DNA of 64,000 bases from a candidate division WWE3 bacterium GW2011_GWC2_41_23 (lineage in GTDB: Bacteria; Patescibacteriota; WWE3; UBA101185; UBA10185), in contig LCBB01000005.1 of the NCBI GenBank assembly GCA_000996895.1, forward strand, positions 11,421-75,420, read 5' to 3'. This document shows, piece by piece, positions 38,442 to 47,714 of this stretch. Both the position numbers and the translations under genes were made by a program. Position 1 is the stretch's first letter. The number at the start of each line of letters is the position of its first letter. The notes beneath the pieces are model-generated. The model was not told the DNA's origin, ran no database searches, and saw only the letters and a list, made by a program, of their open reading frames with translations.

Positions 38442-39563
38442 GTGAGAAGTGTACTTGCATTTGTAAAATTATTATTTCTTCCGATTTTAGCCGCAGTTGT
38501 GCTGTTGGTTGTATATCCTATTAACAAACCACAGGAAGAAATAAAGAATCCTATTGCTGAAACGGTCCCTGAGGAACCCGAAACATCTGCGTTTGAAGAA
38601 GAAATTGAGCCCATACCCGACCGGTTACCAACGTCAAAGACTTTGGTAAACGACTACCACATCTACCAAACCTTTAATAACTGCGGTCCTGCGTCTTTAT
38701 CAATGGCTCTTTCGTACTACGGTATCAATGTTTCCCAAAAGACACTCGGTGACCAGCTAAGACCTTTCCAAAACCCGCAGGGGGACAACGATGATAAAGC
38801 TGTAAATCCCGAAGAGCTGGGGAAAAAAGCAGAAGAATACGGGCTTCTCTACTATCTCCGCCCGATGGGAACCCCCGAGCTTATAAAAGAATTTATTTAC
38901 AACGACATTCCCGTGATTGCCATAACCTGGCTTAAAGATGAAGAGTATATCGGGCATTTCCGCATTATAAAGGGATACGACGACAGCAAGGGCGTCTTCA
39001 TACAAGATGACTCTTATCAAGGAAAAAATCTGGAGTATACGTATAAGGATCTCAATAAACTGTGGAGTGCTTTTAACTACCAATACATAGTTTTGGTGAG
39101 ACCTGCACAAAAAGAGACAGCAGAAAAAATATTAGGTGAGAATGTTGACGAAAAAAATGCCTGGCAAAGCGCGAAAAAAGAATCGGAAAAAATGTTGGAA
39201 TCTAACCCGGAAAGTATTTATGACCGGTTTAATCTTTCGGTAGCCGATTATTATTTAGAAGATTATGAGGGGGCGGTTGAATCTTATGAAATGGTTACCG
39301 GCCGTTTACCTTTTAGAATGCTTTGGTATCAGATTGAACCGATTTTGGCGTACGAAAAGCTGGGCGACGACGAAAAGGTTATGGAAATGACGGCTGAAGT
39401 TTTGGATAACGAGAACAGGGCTTTTTCCGAACTATACCAGATTAGGGGGCGTATTTTAATGAAACAGGGGTATTTAAGTTCCGCGAAAGAAGAGTTTAAG
39501 AAAGCCCTCTATTACAACGAAAACTACCAGCTGACAGATGAGGAACTCGCGTTGTTGGACTGA
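38442..39563 (+). CDS. peptidase C39-like domain protein with C-terminal TPR-like region
   Basis: NNCGPASLSMALSYYG (C39_2-type catalytic Cys context). N-terminal TM. Confidence 0.6.
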   Translation: MRSVLAFVKLLFLPILAAVVLLVVYPINKPQEEIKNPIAETVPEEPETSAFEEEIEPIPDRLPTSKTLVNDYHIYQTFNNCGPASLSMALSYYGINVSQKTLGDQLRPFQNPQGDNDDKAVNPEELGKKAEEYGLLYYLRPMGTPELIKEFIYNDIPVIAITWLKDEEYIGHFRIIKGYDDSKGVFIQDDSYQGKNLEYTYKDLNKLWSAFNYQYIVLVRPAQKETAEKILGENVDEKNAWQSAKKESEKMLESNPESIYDRFNLSVADYYLEDYEGAVESYEMVTGRLPFRMLWYQIEPILAYEKLGDDEKVMEMTAEVLDNENRAFSELYQIRGRILMKQGYLSSAKEEFKKALYYNENYQLTDEELALLD

Positions 39564-40150
39564 GGATAGTCTATTTTTTTAGAGAACAAAAACTGTGTGT
39601 GTGCTCCGAGTTTTTCTTCAAATTTATTTTGCAGTTCTTTGTCTATTTTTCCGGTGTCGAAAACTACCTTGCTGTACCCATCGCCTGTGGATTTCCACAT
39701 AACCAATGCTGAAGATAAAGCCGCTATCTCTTCCAACCTATCATTTCCTTTTACTTGGACAAAAAGTTTAGGTAAATATCCGTGTCTTATGTAAAAATTC
39801 TCAGCGTCTCCGAGCGCTCCCAGTAAAACTTCTTTTTTACCGTGTTTCCGGGCAACTTCTTCCATCGCTAAAAGTAGCTTTGACCCAATTCCCTTTCCTC
39901 TCGCCGTTTCTGAAACCGCAAGCTCTCCTATTAAAAGTGTTTCGGTGTCTTGATCCGAAGAAAATATCACCCCTTCGAGTATTCCAGCAGGTTTAAACAC
40001 CAAAACATATTCAGGATTTTTTGCGTAAACGTTTTTATAGAATTGTAGGTTTCTGGGATGTGTGGCGTCGAAGTTAAGTATGTTATCGGCGAAGGTATAA
40101 GCGGTTTCGAGTTCAGTAGTGTCTTTTGGTGGTATAAGTGCGGGTTCCAT
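39524..40150 (-). CDS. GNAT family N-acetyltransferase
   Basis: Acetyl-CoA motif ARGKGIGSKLL. Confidence 0.7.
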   Translation of the reverse strand: MEPALIPPKDTTELETAYTFADNILNFDATHPRNLQFYKNVYAKNPEYVLVFKPAGILEGVIFSSDQDTETLLIGELAVSETARGKGIGSKLLLAMEEVARKHGKKEVLLGALGDAENFYIRHGYLPKLFVQVKGNDRLEEIAALSSALVMWKSTGDGYSKVVFDTGKIDKELQNKFEEKLGAHTQFLFSKKIDYPQSNNASSSSVSW

Positions 40151-40230
40151 AATTTAATTATACTTCACTATCGCATAGGAAGTTAGACCATAAGAGACCA
40201 CGCCTTTAAGCTAGTTGGTATAATACACAC

Positions 40231-40734
40231 ATGGAAAAAAATAAAAATGTAGAAATTTTGACCGTAACCCCCGAGCATTGGGAGCTATATAAAGACATTA
40301 GACTGGACGCCTTGCAATGTGAACCACAGGCGTTCGGAAGCAGCTATTCCGGAGAAAAAACATTTACAAAAGAACAGTGGTTGGAAAGAATCGCAAACCG
40401 TTACAACGCAATTGCAGTTGAAGACGGGAAAGCCGTCGGTACTATGGGTGCTTACATAAGTAATGATGAGGTAGGAGAGATAGCAAACATTGTTGGTGTT
40501 TTCGTTACAAGTAAGGCACGCGGCCAAGGTTTAGGCTCAAAATTATTTGACTTTGTTTTAGCTAAAGTAAAAGAAGACCATAAATTATCAAAAATAACGT
40601 TAACTGTGAATAATGAGCAATTATACGCTGTGGGATTATACGAAAAGCTGGGTTTTAAGACCGTAGGCGAAGAAACTACATTAATGGGAGACGGAAAAGA
40701 ACATATAGAGCTTTTAATGGAACGCCGCGTATAA
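40231..40734 (+). CDS. GNAT family N-acetyltransferase
   Basis: Acetyl-CoA motif ARGQGLGSKLF. Confidence 0.75.
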   Translation: MEKNKNVEILTVTPEHWELYKDIRLDALQCEPQAFGSSYSGEKTFTKEQWLERIANRYNAIAVEDGKAVGTMGAYISNDEVGEIANIVGVFVTSKARGQGLGSKLFDFVLAKVKEDHKLSKITLTVNNEQLYAVGLYEKLGFKTVGEETTLMGDGKEHIELLMERRV

Positions 40735-40794
40735 AATTCTTCCGGCTGTTACCGCAAAGTAATAAGAAATTTATAAATTTTCTCACACGTACCC

Positions 40795-40822
40795 TTGACA
40801 AATATTTTAAAAAAGGTAATAT
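40795..40822 (+). promoter_or_regulatory. near-consensus sigma70-like promoter at the start of an ORF-free region
   Basis: -35 TTGACA (40795-40800), 16-nt spacer, -10 TAATAT (40817-40822). Confidence 0.5.
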
Positions 40823-40941
40823 CACTTCCACGTCTTTCAAGGAACTTTAAAAACAGAAAAGTAGCGAGGTAATGCAAATTACACTCCCGGAAAACTAACG
40901 ACGACGCGAGTCATCATTAGCAAACCCCGGAACAGGACACC

Positions 40942-41078
40942 AAGGTAAAGGAAAAATGGAACCGCAAATCACTACCATCCCCTTAAAAGGAAAAATAGAG
41001 ATACAAGGTCCCGTCATCCCTACTAGTAGCGAAAGCCACTACCCCCTTAAGACCGGTTGTTACACCCGAAGGATAGTT
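40942..41078 (+). repeat. copy A of a ~135-nt imperfect direct repeat inside the candidate ncRNA
   Basis: Conserved blocks caagg.aaaggaaaaa, actaccatccccttaaaaggaa, ccactagt.gcgaaagc.acta and acccgaaggata are shared with 41293-41432. Intervening segments differ. Confidence 0.7.
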
Positions 41079-41292
41079 TGGAAGTCATGGAGCAGATTGG
41101 TGAAAACTAATTACTTCACGTAAACTTGCTAAAGATAACCGGAAGGGAATCGATAGAAGTATAACGTACCCGGACAAAGCGCAAGCCCAAATCCCCGTGT
41201 GACGCCCTGTATAAGGATATCAAACAAATTTCGTAAAGAGCCCAGAGGTAACACTCAAAGCTATTTCCAGCACCACACCCTGGAACTAAGAC

Positions 41293-41432
41293 TCAAGGCA
41301 AAGGAAAAACCGAGCTTCTGACAAATACTACCATCCCCTTAAAAGGAAGATAGAACTCCAAAGCTTAGTAATTCCCCACTAGTCGCGAAAGCAACTAAAC
41401 CCTTGCACTTAGTTACGAAGACCCGAAGGATA
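41293..41432 (+). repeat. copy B of the ~135-nt imperfect direct repeat
   Basis: See copy A. Confidence 0.7.
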
Positions 41433-41845
41433 AAAAATAAAGAACCGAGAAAGTCACACGAGCCAGGATCAGTGAATGTATGGAATATAGGGAACCCAGT
41501 CTGAAAGCGAAAGCTATCATACTCCCCTAAATACCAATACAAACATGAAGTCCTGGCTCTACCCTTTTTTAATAAGTATTTTCGAGTACTCAAATAGTGG
41601 AGACAATTTCAAAAAAAACGGAGGAATCTGATTTGTGTTTTTAGCACCTGAGGATGTCAAAGAAATAATTTTCCTTTAACCTGAACGCCTTTTTGGGAGA
41701 AACAAAAAACCGCTTGGTAGCGGTTAGATTAATTAGTTTCGTCCGGTCTATTAATTTTAAGACATTTGCAAAAGGGCATTTACTTCCTTAAGTATTTACT
41801 TTTGTAAAATGCGAGTCAATGATTTTCGGATTTAAAAAACTTTTT

Positions 41846-41886
41846 ACGCACAAACAAAAAATAACGGGCAGTGAATTCACCGCCCG
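41846..41886 (-). terminator. rho-independent terminator of 41909-42502
   Basis: Minus strand: hairpin cgggcggtgaattcactgcccg followed by ttattttttgtttg. Confidence 0.6.
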
Positions 41887-41908
41887 CTAATTTTATTTTC
41901 AGCTCAAG

Positions 41909-42502
41909 TTAGTTGCTGAGTGTGTTTTGAGAAGGCATTCCTCTAAAACCTTGACCATCTCCGAAGCCACCACGTCCTCCGGGACCTCCGCGTCCTCCAA
42001 AGACGTCATATCCTAGTATTCCGTCCAAATCTACTCCCAGTGAGTCTACCCAAGCCTCTAAATCGGCTCTGCGTTGTTCCATAGAGTTTCTCATCTCATC
42101 CATTTTGGTCTGGCGCTCTTCTGCACTTAGATCAAACCAGCCGGCTGTGTCCCCTGCTCTATTTTGTACAGGTTCCATCTCAGCAAGTTTGGCTAAGATC
42201 TGAGTTTTCTGATCTTCTGTTAATTTACCGTCTTGAACTGCCTGGGTAAGTTTTGCCTCAATTTCTGCGTGACGGGTTGCCTGCATTTCCTGCATGCGCG
42301 TACCTCGCTCGGCCTGAACTTCTTCCATGACTTTGTCCACTTCGGTTGTGTTTAGACCAAATTTATCTACAAGTTTCTGAACTATTGGGGGATACTTACC
42401 CTGATATTGAGCAAGCACCTTGCTGTTGGTGAGGAAGATGGCACCTCCTAAGGCTATTGCCACAGCAACACCACCTAAAATTAATGTATTTCTTTTTTTC
42501 AT
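41909..42502 (-). CDS. periplasmic Spy/CpxP-like (LTXXQ-motif) protein with Gly/Arg-rich tail
   Basis: Start set at MKKRNTLILGGVAVAIALGG (signal/anchor). LTXXQ-like repeats (KLTQAVQ, KLTEDQKTQI). C-terminal GGRGGPGGRGGFGDGQGFRG. Confidence 0.5.
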   Translation of the reverse strand: MKKRNTLILGGVAVAIALGGAIFLTNSKVLAQYQGKYPPIVQKLVDKFGLNTTEVDKVMEEVQAERGTRMQEMQATRHAEIEAKLTQAVQDGKLTEDQKTQILAKLAEMEPVQNRAGDTAGWFDLSAEERQTKMDEMRNSMEQRRADLEAWVDSLGVDLDGILGYDVFGGRGGPGGRGGFGDGQGFRGMPSQNTLSN

Positions 42503-42587
42503 TCTTTTTTCTCCGAAATTAATTACTAAATGGAAATTTAACAGTTGTTGCTGAGGGTTTGCTGAGACTTGCGCGTATAATAAAAGT

Positions 42588-42914
42588 ATGGAACCCGCTA
42601 CACCCCAAAAAACAATATCAGAATCAGCCTCCAAAGTAACAGTATTCCTCCTTCTAATGTTCTACCCGGTAGGGCTTATCGTTATGTGGTTTTGGCCGAA
42701 GTGGAAATTATGGATAAAGATAGGTTTAACTTTAATACCTGTAATTTTTATCGGAGCGGGGTTAATCGTACTTGCTTCCCTGGATTCCACACTTGATGAT
42801 AAGTTAAGACCTCTAAGAAATTGTATTGATGCCTGCAAGTCAGATACAGAAAATAAACTGTGTGTCCGCACTTGTGAAGAAAAGTTTATTGAAGATAACA
42901 CTTTAGGCTACTAA
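42588..42914 (+). CDS. small membrane protein with Cys-rich C-terminus, hypothetical
   Basis: Two TM helices, then CIDACKSDTENKLCVRTCEEKF. Confidence 0.4.
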   Translation: MEPATPQKTISESASKVTVFLLLMFYPVGLIVMWFWPKWKLWIKIGLTLIPVIFIGAGLIVLASLDSTLDDKLRPLRNCIDACKSDTENKLCVRTCEEKFIEDNTLGY

Positions 42915-42931
42915 ATTAATTGTAAGGGGCG

Positions 42932-43312
42932 TCAAACTGTTTCCGCAATCCCCAGCGTTTCTTTTACAATATCAACGATTTGTTTCGGAGTAGATTCGCT
43001 TTTGATTAGATATTTCACTGCTCCCATATATAAACAGGACTGAGCATCTTTTACATCGGCAAGACTGGTAAGGACAACTACGGGAATGTATGAAGTTTTA
43101 GCGTCTGCCTTTAAGCGTAGAAGAACCTGGAAGCCGTCCAGTACCGGCATCATGATGTCCAAAAGGATAAGAGAAGGTCTTTCTTCATGCACTTTCTTCA
43201 AGCCCTCTTCTCCGTCCAGCGCTGAAATTACTTCAAATTTTTCAATTTCAAATGCCGTTCTATAAAGATTCTGAATTTCATGATCGTCTTCAATAATTAA
43301 TATTTTGGTCAT
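42932..43312 (-). CDS. stand-alone response regulator receiver (CheY-like REC) protein
   Basis: ILIIEDD...LILLDIMMPVLDGFQVLLRLK with the phospho-acceptor Asp context, and conserved Lys (AVKYLIKSE). 126 aa with no output domain. Confidence 0.85.
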   Translation of the reverse strand: MTKILIIEDDHEIQNLYRTAFEIEKFEVISALDGEEGLKKVHEERPSLILLDIMMPVLDGFQVLLRLKADAKTSYIPVVVLTSLADVKDAQSCLYMGAVKYLIKSESTPKQIVDIVKETLGIAETV

Positions 43313-43360
43313 GTATTTATTATTACACGGGAATCTTTACGATGTATATATGTGGTTAAG

Positions 43361-43405
43361 TATAAAAAATAAACCACCTTTTTTGTTTATAAAAGGTGGT
43401 TTTTC
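43361..43405 (-). terminator. bidirectional rho-independent terminator
   Basis: aaccaccttttttgtttataaaaggtggtt palindromic hairpin flanked by A/T runs. Confidence 0.6.
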
Positions 43406-43408
43406 GTG

Positions 43409-43711
43409 CTATGTGCTGTAAACCGGCTCATTAGCAACAGTACCCTCACTTTCTACTGGTCCCAAAAAATCGCTGACGAGGACTGATTTGGCGGACAGTT
43501 CTTTCAACTTTTGCGAATACGCAGAGAAAACTGTGCTGAAATCACGACCCGTCACTTCTAAACACTCCTCGCCCCTATCCCCGCACCCTTTTACGTAAAC
43601 AACGCGCCATTGCAACGTAATCATATCCTCTCCTTTCACCATTAGTTTAATTGTAGGCTTGTTGCGGGTTGTTGTCTCGGGGTTTATGTCTACTATTCTA
43701 GCGTTACCCAA
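43409..43711 (-). CDS. hypothetical protein
   Basis: 100 aa. No recognisable motif. Confidence 0.4.
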   Translation of the reverse strand: MGNARIVDINPETTTRNKPTIKLMVKGEDMITLQWRVVYVKGCGDRGEECLEVTGRDFSTVFSAYSQKLKELSAKSVLVSDFLGPVESEGTVANEPVYST

Positions 43712-43791
43712 CTCAACGATATTGTGGTATATTTATCCCCTGCTTGGTCGTATAAATCTGATACACCAGAATCGAGAAAGGGAGAAAATAA

Positions 43792-44424
43792 ATGAAAGCG
43801 AAGAGTCTGTTTTCACTAATGCTTGCAGTCGTTTTGATTGGTATGGTAGTGTCGCCAGTTTTGGCGGACAAGCCTGTCGGATTTGATCCTGTCACCGGTG
43901 AAGAAACCGCCTGGTCGAACAGCACTTGCGCCAAAATACAGAGTGGCACCATTCTTGACTCAGCAGGTAATCCTATCGAGGTAGGTTTTGATGAATTCGG
44001 TTATAACTATCAGGCTCACCTTTTTGAAGGGACCTACGATTCCGTGGACCGCAAAATTGATGGTTTGTACGGTAGTCAGAGCGGGGATTTTGTCGACGAC
44101 GCTTTATCTATGAAATGGTCCGATGATTGGCTATCAAACGTTGATTGTAATAACGACCAAAAACTGGATCGCGGCCTGGTAAATGGAGTCCCCTCGAGTA
44201 TTAGTAGTGGTTGGTTAACAAACCACGTGAATGGGGATTATATTGACGCGAACGGTGTCGAACAGCACTATACCTCTTTCGTTAAGATAGGCTATTTCGG
44301 ACCCGGCAATCCTCTTTGGGGATCTTACGCCATACTGGAAGAAGTTTACAACGATCCTGCGGGAGACTATCACGGGGTAACTATTTACTCGGATCCAGGT
44401 CTGGGGCATTTTATCACCAACTAG
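43792..44424 (+). CDS. secreted hypothetical protein
   Basis: Signal peptide MKAKSLFSLMLAVVLIGMVVSPVLA. Confidence 0.5.
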   Translation: MKAKSLFSLMLAVVLIGMVVSPVLADKPVGFDPVTGEETAWSNSTCAKIQSGTILDSAGNPIEVGFDEFGYNYQAHLFEGTYDSVDRKIDGLYGSQSGDFVDDALSMKWSDDWLSNVDCNNDQKLDRGLVNGVPSSISSGWLTNHVNGDYIDANGVEQHYTSFVKIGYFGPGNPLWGSYAILEEVYNDPAGDYHGVTIYSDPGLGHFITN

Positions 44425-44463
44425 ACACAACAATCTAGACGGTTGACCAAGCTTTAAACTCTG

Positions 44464-44501
44464 AGGAGACGCGGCCAAAAACCAACTCTCCTCATTTTTT
44501 T
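44464..44501 (+). terminator. rho-independent terminator
   Basis: gaggagacgcggccaaaaaccaactctcctc followed by attttttt. Confidence 0.6.
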
Positions 44502-44531
44502 CATTTTATTTTCACTTTCGTGTGATAAAAT
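44499..44531 (+). promoter_or_regulatory. promoter-like motif (TTTCATTTTnTTTTCAC ... TGnTAAAAT), copy 1
   Basis: tttcattttattttcactttcgtgtgataaaat, 35 nt upstream of the 44566 start. Extended -10 TGaTAAAAT. Confidence 0.4.
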
Positions 44532-44565
44532 GCCGCACCTAAGCCGATAGTGATAGAATATAAGT

Positions 44566-45165
44566 ATGAAAAACAAATTAATAATGCTCCCGATCTTAGT
44601 ACTCCTTATTTTATTAGGAGTTTATTTTTATCAGTCGACAAATAAACCGGTGACGGAAAACCAAGCTCCCGCTCCCATCGTTAACGAACAACCAATAGCC
44701 GATGATACAAATAAAGCCGGCATGAGTAACCCGGCCTCAGATAACTGCATTACGAAAGGCGGCACTCTTGAGATAATTACGGAATCTGACGGGAGTCAGT
44801 TCGGGTTGTGCAAATTTAAAGATTATGCTTGTGAGGAATGGACACTTTTTAGAAATGAGTGTGATATAGAGGGAGATGCCTTAAAAATTAGGGAAGCACT
44901 GATTGCCAAAGGATTGGATTTAAGTAAAAGCGAAATAGTAATAAAAAATCACCTGGGCAAGTACATATCGGGATCGGTTAATCCTATTGATGAGATGGTG
45001 GGAGGCGGATACTTCTTCGCTGTTAAAGAAGGAGACATAGTTAAAGTTCTGGCTGACGGGAATGGCTCAATTTTGTGTAGTTCCTTTAAAGATTACCCGG
45101 ACTACTCAAGTTACCTAATACCGGAGTGCTATGACGAGGTAGCGGGTAAGAATATTACCAGGTAG
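44566..45165 (+). CDS. secreted DUF333 (putative hemolysin-like) domain protein
   Basis: MSNPASDNCITKGGTLEIITESDGSQFGLCKFKDYACEEWTLFRNEC matches the DUF333 Cys pattern. N-terminal TM/signal. Confidence 0.6.
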   Translation: MKNKLIMLPILVLLILLGVYFYQSTNKPVTENQAPAPIVNEQPIADDTNKAGMSNPASDNCITKGGTLEIITESDGSQFGLCKFKDYACEEWTLFRNECDIEGDALKIREALIAKGLDLSKSEIVIKNHLGKYISGSVNPIDEMVGGGYFFAVKEGDIVKVLADGNGSILCSSFKDYPDYSSYLIPECYDEVAGKNITR

Positions 45166-45234
45166 TAAACGTCCGAGCATCTCCAACACGCTTCTGCCGT
45201 TTTAAAACGAGCTTTCCAAGTTCGGTGGAGGTTT

Positions 45235-45316
45235 TTCACTTTATTTTCATTTTCGTATGTTAAAATATCAGGCTTTATAAATATTTCATTTAATCTTCAT
45301 TTTCGAGTGGTAAAAT
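45235..45316 (+). promoter_or_regulatory. two further copies of the promoter-like motif, pointing into a minus-strand gene
   Basis: ttcactttattttcattttcgtatgttaaaat (45235-45266) and cttcattttcgagtggtaaaat (45296-45316). No + strand ORF downstream. Confidence 0.3.
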
Positions 45317-45355
45317 CCCAAATTTTGAAAAAAGATTTGTTGAATGGAAGTGCCT

Positions 45356-45391
45356 AAAAACAAACAACCCACCTGTTCCTGGTGGGTTGTT
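45356..45391 (-). terminator. rho-independent terminator of 45416-46123
   Basis: Minus strand: aacaacccaccaggaacaggtgggttgtttgttttt. Confidence 0.55.
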
Positions 45392-45415
45392 ATCTAACGT
45401 AAGTCGAATTTTATA

Positions 45416-46123
45416 CTATCTATCCTTCTTTTTGCTTTGTTCAGGCATACCAGCTCTGGACTGAGCCACGTCATGTCTGACTTCTTTTTCTGCTGTGCTT
45501 ACATACCACCCGTGATTATCTTCAGGTCTTCCTATTTCATCTTCTGAATCTTCATCCTCATCTTCATCTTCATCCGGAATTGTGGTTTCTTCAATCTTCA
45601 CATTATCTAGTGCCGGTCCGAAGGAGCCAGCTGTTGTGCTAGTGAAGGTTAGTATCGTGTCCGTCGCAGTGGCCGTGAACGTGTATTTTTTTGGTAACCA
45701 CCCCATAGCAGCAAGTGTGCTATCTGTTGAATCAAATGTGTAATCTTCTTCTAAACCACCTGTGGCCATGACAGTCATGGTTTTATCTACCGGTCCACCA
45801 TCAGGGTTTCCAGCCATATCGAAAGTTACTTCATAAGTAGTTCCGATTACTGTAGTAAATGTCTGGCTGATCGAACCTGCTGCGGTACCGCTCATGTCGA
45901 TACTTCTACTGCCTTCGAATGCGGGCCAATATGTACCGATGTAGTCAATGGATCCTGAAACAATGGTCCAGTTGTCAATATTGCCAGCACCAGAACTAAG
46001 TTCTGTGTAGGCACCTGGGTCTGTACCCGTTTCGAAGCTTCCGTTTTCACCTAGTGCGAAAACCGGAGTAACAAATAGGGATAGCATCAAAACTGTAACG
46101 AAAAGGGGAATAAATTTTTTCAT
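45416..46123 (-). CDS. secreted DUF642 (choice-of-anchor C) domain protein with acidic C-terminal tail
   Basis: ENGSFE...WTIVSGSIDYIG...EGSRSIDMSG...GPALDNV pattern typical of DUF642. Signal peptide. DEDEDEDEDSEDE tract. Confidence 0.6.
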   Translation of the reverse strand: MKKFIPLFVTVLMLSLFVTPVFALGENGSFETGTDPGAYTELSSGAGNIDNWTIVSGSIDYIGTYWPAFEGSRSIDMSGTAAGSISQTFTTVIGTTYEVTFDMAGNPDGGPVDKTMTVMATGGLEEDYTFDSTDSTLAAMGWLPKKYTFTATATDTILTFTSTTAGSFGPALDNVKIEETTIPDEDEDEDEDSEDEIGRPEDNHGWYVSTAEKEVRHDVAQSRAGMPEQSKKKDR

Positions 46124-46418
46124 AATATTTTCACCGCCGTTCTTGAAAAATTGATACGAGTCCTAATATATGATGAGTGCGGAAACAAAATCTAATGTCT
46201 AGCGATGTGTTTATTTAACGAAGCTTCTTAACCTTACCCTATGAGATGTATCTAGTCAAAGTCACCAGACGACGGATTACCCTGTTGTTACGCACAATGC
46301 TACCCGTCGGTTAATTGCTGTAGTGATGGGGATTACAGCCTCTGTATCTTATAGTACGGATTTAAAATTTTTTAATCACTTCGTGAGTTTTAGTTGGGAT
46401 TTATTTAGTGACGTGTAG

Positions 46419-46465
46419 AAAACAAACAACCCACCTGTTCCTCGGTGGGTTGTCCTGTTGTTTAA
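46419..46465 (-). terminator. rho-independent terminator of 46476-47531 (near-identical to the one at 45356)
   Basis: aaacaaacaacccacctgttcctcggtgggttgt shares 30+ nt with the 45356-45391 terminator. Confidence 0.55.
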
Positions 46466-46475
46466 TGTCACTGTT

Positions 46476-47531
46476 TCATTCGATGTTTCCAACACTACCT
46501 TCTTCAGCATTTATCCATGTTCCGTGAGAGCCTCCGTGATATATCCAACCCCACCAGTTATAAGAAAAAATGCTGGTTTCTTCAAAATACTGGTCTACCC
46601 AAGAAACATAAGTACATACTGTGGTAACGATATTACATTCATAATCAATCGTTTCCACGTTTCCTTTTGTTTCCCACAAGGGGGTTTCTAGTAAATTACC
46701 TGTTATCGTTGCTCTATATCCTCCTTGAAAGGTGCCATCTTCATCGCCATCGAGAGTAGATATATCGCCTGCACCTGGGCTATTCATGTCTTTTTGGGCG
46801 TCAAACTGACCTTCGTACCTGGCTATAGCGCAGTATGTATTTTCACCATCGGTTGTTTTCCAAACCTGTATCTGTCTATTGTTATTGTCGTATGCCCAGT
46901 AACCGTGAAACCCAGAATCAATGTCATTCTTTATTTTCATTGTAATATTAATTACTGGTTTCCCGATTTTGTTAGTACACGCCGAGGCATTTACTTCTGA
47001 GCCCCAATCTAATGTGTACTCCCCTATTGCTACAAATGAGTAAGTTCGATCTGTAGCAGAGCTTCCAAAACCATCTTCAGGGTCAATAACATCTCCCACT
47101 TCTGGTAGTCCGAAGTTGTTTGGTGTCCAGTAACTAGCTGAACCGTCATAAACATAGGGGACGGTGCCTGTAGATGCGAAATAGAGGCCTATATTCCAAT
47201 CTTTTTCGACGTGAACTGGAGTTAGGGGCTCGAATGTGTTTACTCCTATATACTCAGGTGTTATTTCGTCGCTTACCCAGATTACAGAGGATACATCATC
47301 CACAACTACGAAACGAAACGCGTTAACATTAGACGCCCAGTAACTAAAGGATACCAAGTCTCCCGAAAAGTCTGCTGGATTATTAGTGTCAATAATGGTG
47401 AAGTTACTATACGTGTCTATGTTAGGTCTTGCGTTGGAGTCATTTCCAACTGTTAAATCTGCCGCAAAAACCGGCATCACAAAAGCAAAAAACAATGCTA
47501 GGGAAAAAATGCTCTTTAATATCTTGTTCAT
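46476..47531 (-). CDS. secreted hypothetical protein
   Basis: Start set at MNKILKSIFSLALFFAFVMPVFA (signal peptide). Asp/Gly/Trp/Tyr-rich, probably a beta-rich fold. Confidence 0.5.
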   Translation of the reverse strand: MNKILKSIFSLALFFAFVMPVFAADLTVGNDSNARPNIDTYSNFTIIDTNNPADFSGDLVSFSYWASNVNAFRFVVVDDVSSVIWVSDEITPEYIGVNTFEPLTPVHVEKDWNIGLYFASTGTVPYVYDGSASYWTPNNFGLPEVGDVIDPEDGFGSSATDRTYSFVAIGEYTLDWGSEVNASACTNKIGKPVINITMKIKNDIDSGFHGYWAYDNNNRQIQVWKTTDGENTYCAIARYEGQFDAQKDMNSPGAGDISTLDGDEDGTFQGGYRATITGNLLETPLWETKGNVETIDYECNIVTTVCTYVSWVDQYFEETSIFSYNWWGWIYHGGSHGTWINAEEGSVGNIE

Positions 47532-47714
47532 TCTTTTCACCTCCCAATCCAAGAAATAAATAAAAAAAATCCGCATAAAAGCGGAATTGTCACAACTGAC
47601 TAAACTTCATGATTATTTTTAATCACTAATGTTATAGTATTTTAAAAATTTATTAAAGTAAAGCAACGGGGATTGAACAATTAAAGTAACCCCAATGCAC
47701 TTTGACTAGCCTGA

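Larger units (their letters stand above)
40830..41580 (+). ncRNA. candidate ~750-nt noncoding RNA of unknown class
   Basis: No ORF of 60 aa or more on the + strand. Strong A+C bias on the + strand. Promoter upstream. 3' long-range stem agccagga...tcctggct followed by ctaccctttttt. Internal ~135-nt imperfect direct repeat. Confidence 0.35.

Noticed and set aside
40955-41119. 54-codon ORF (MEPQITTIPLKGKIEIQGPV...) inside the candidate ncRNA
   Set aside because: Below the size threshold, no RBS, and the second repeat copy has an in-frame stop in the same register, so the repeat is conserved at the nucleotide level rather than the protein level.
40942-41432. The two ~135-nt repeats as DGR template/variable repeats
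   Set aside because: No reverse transcriptase nearby. The repeats are not inside a protein-coding gene. The differences are not confined to adenine positions.
41339-41593. ORF 41339-41593 (-) within the ncRNA region
   Set aside because: A G/T-rich strand artefact with an F/L/G/C/W-dominated translation, and no RBS.
41700-41725. Second weak hairpin (accgcttggtagcggt) as an additional terminator
   Set aside because: Only a 5-bp stem. The stronger terminator at 41846-41886 directly follows the stop of 41909-42502.
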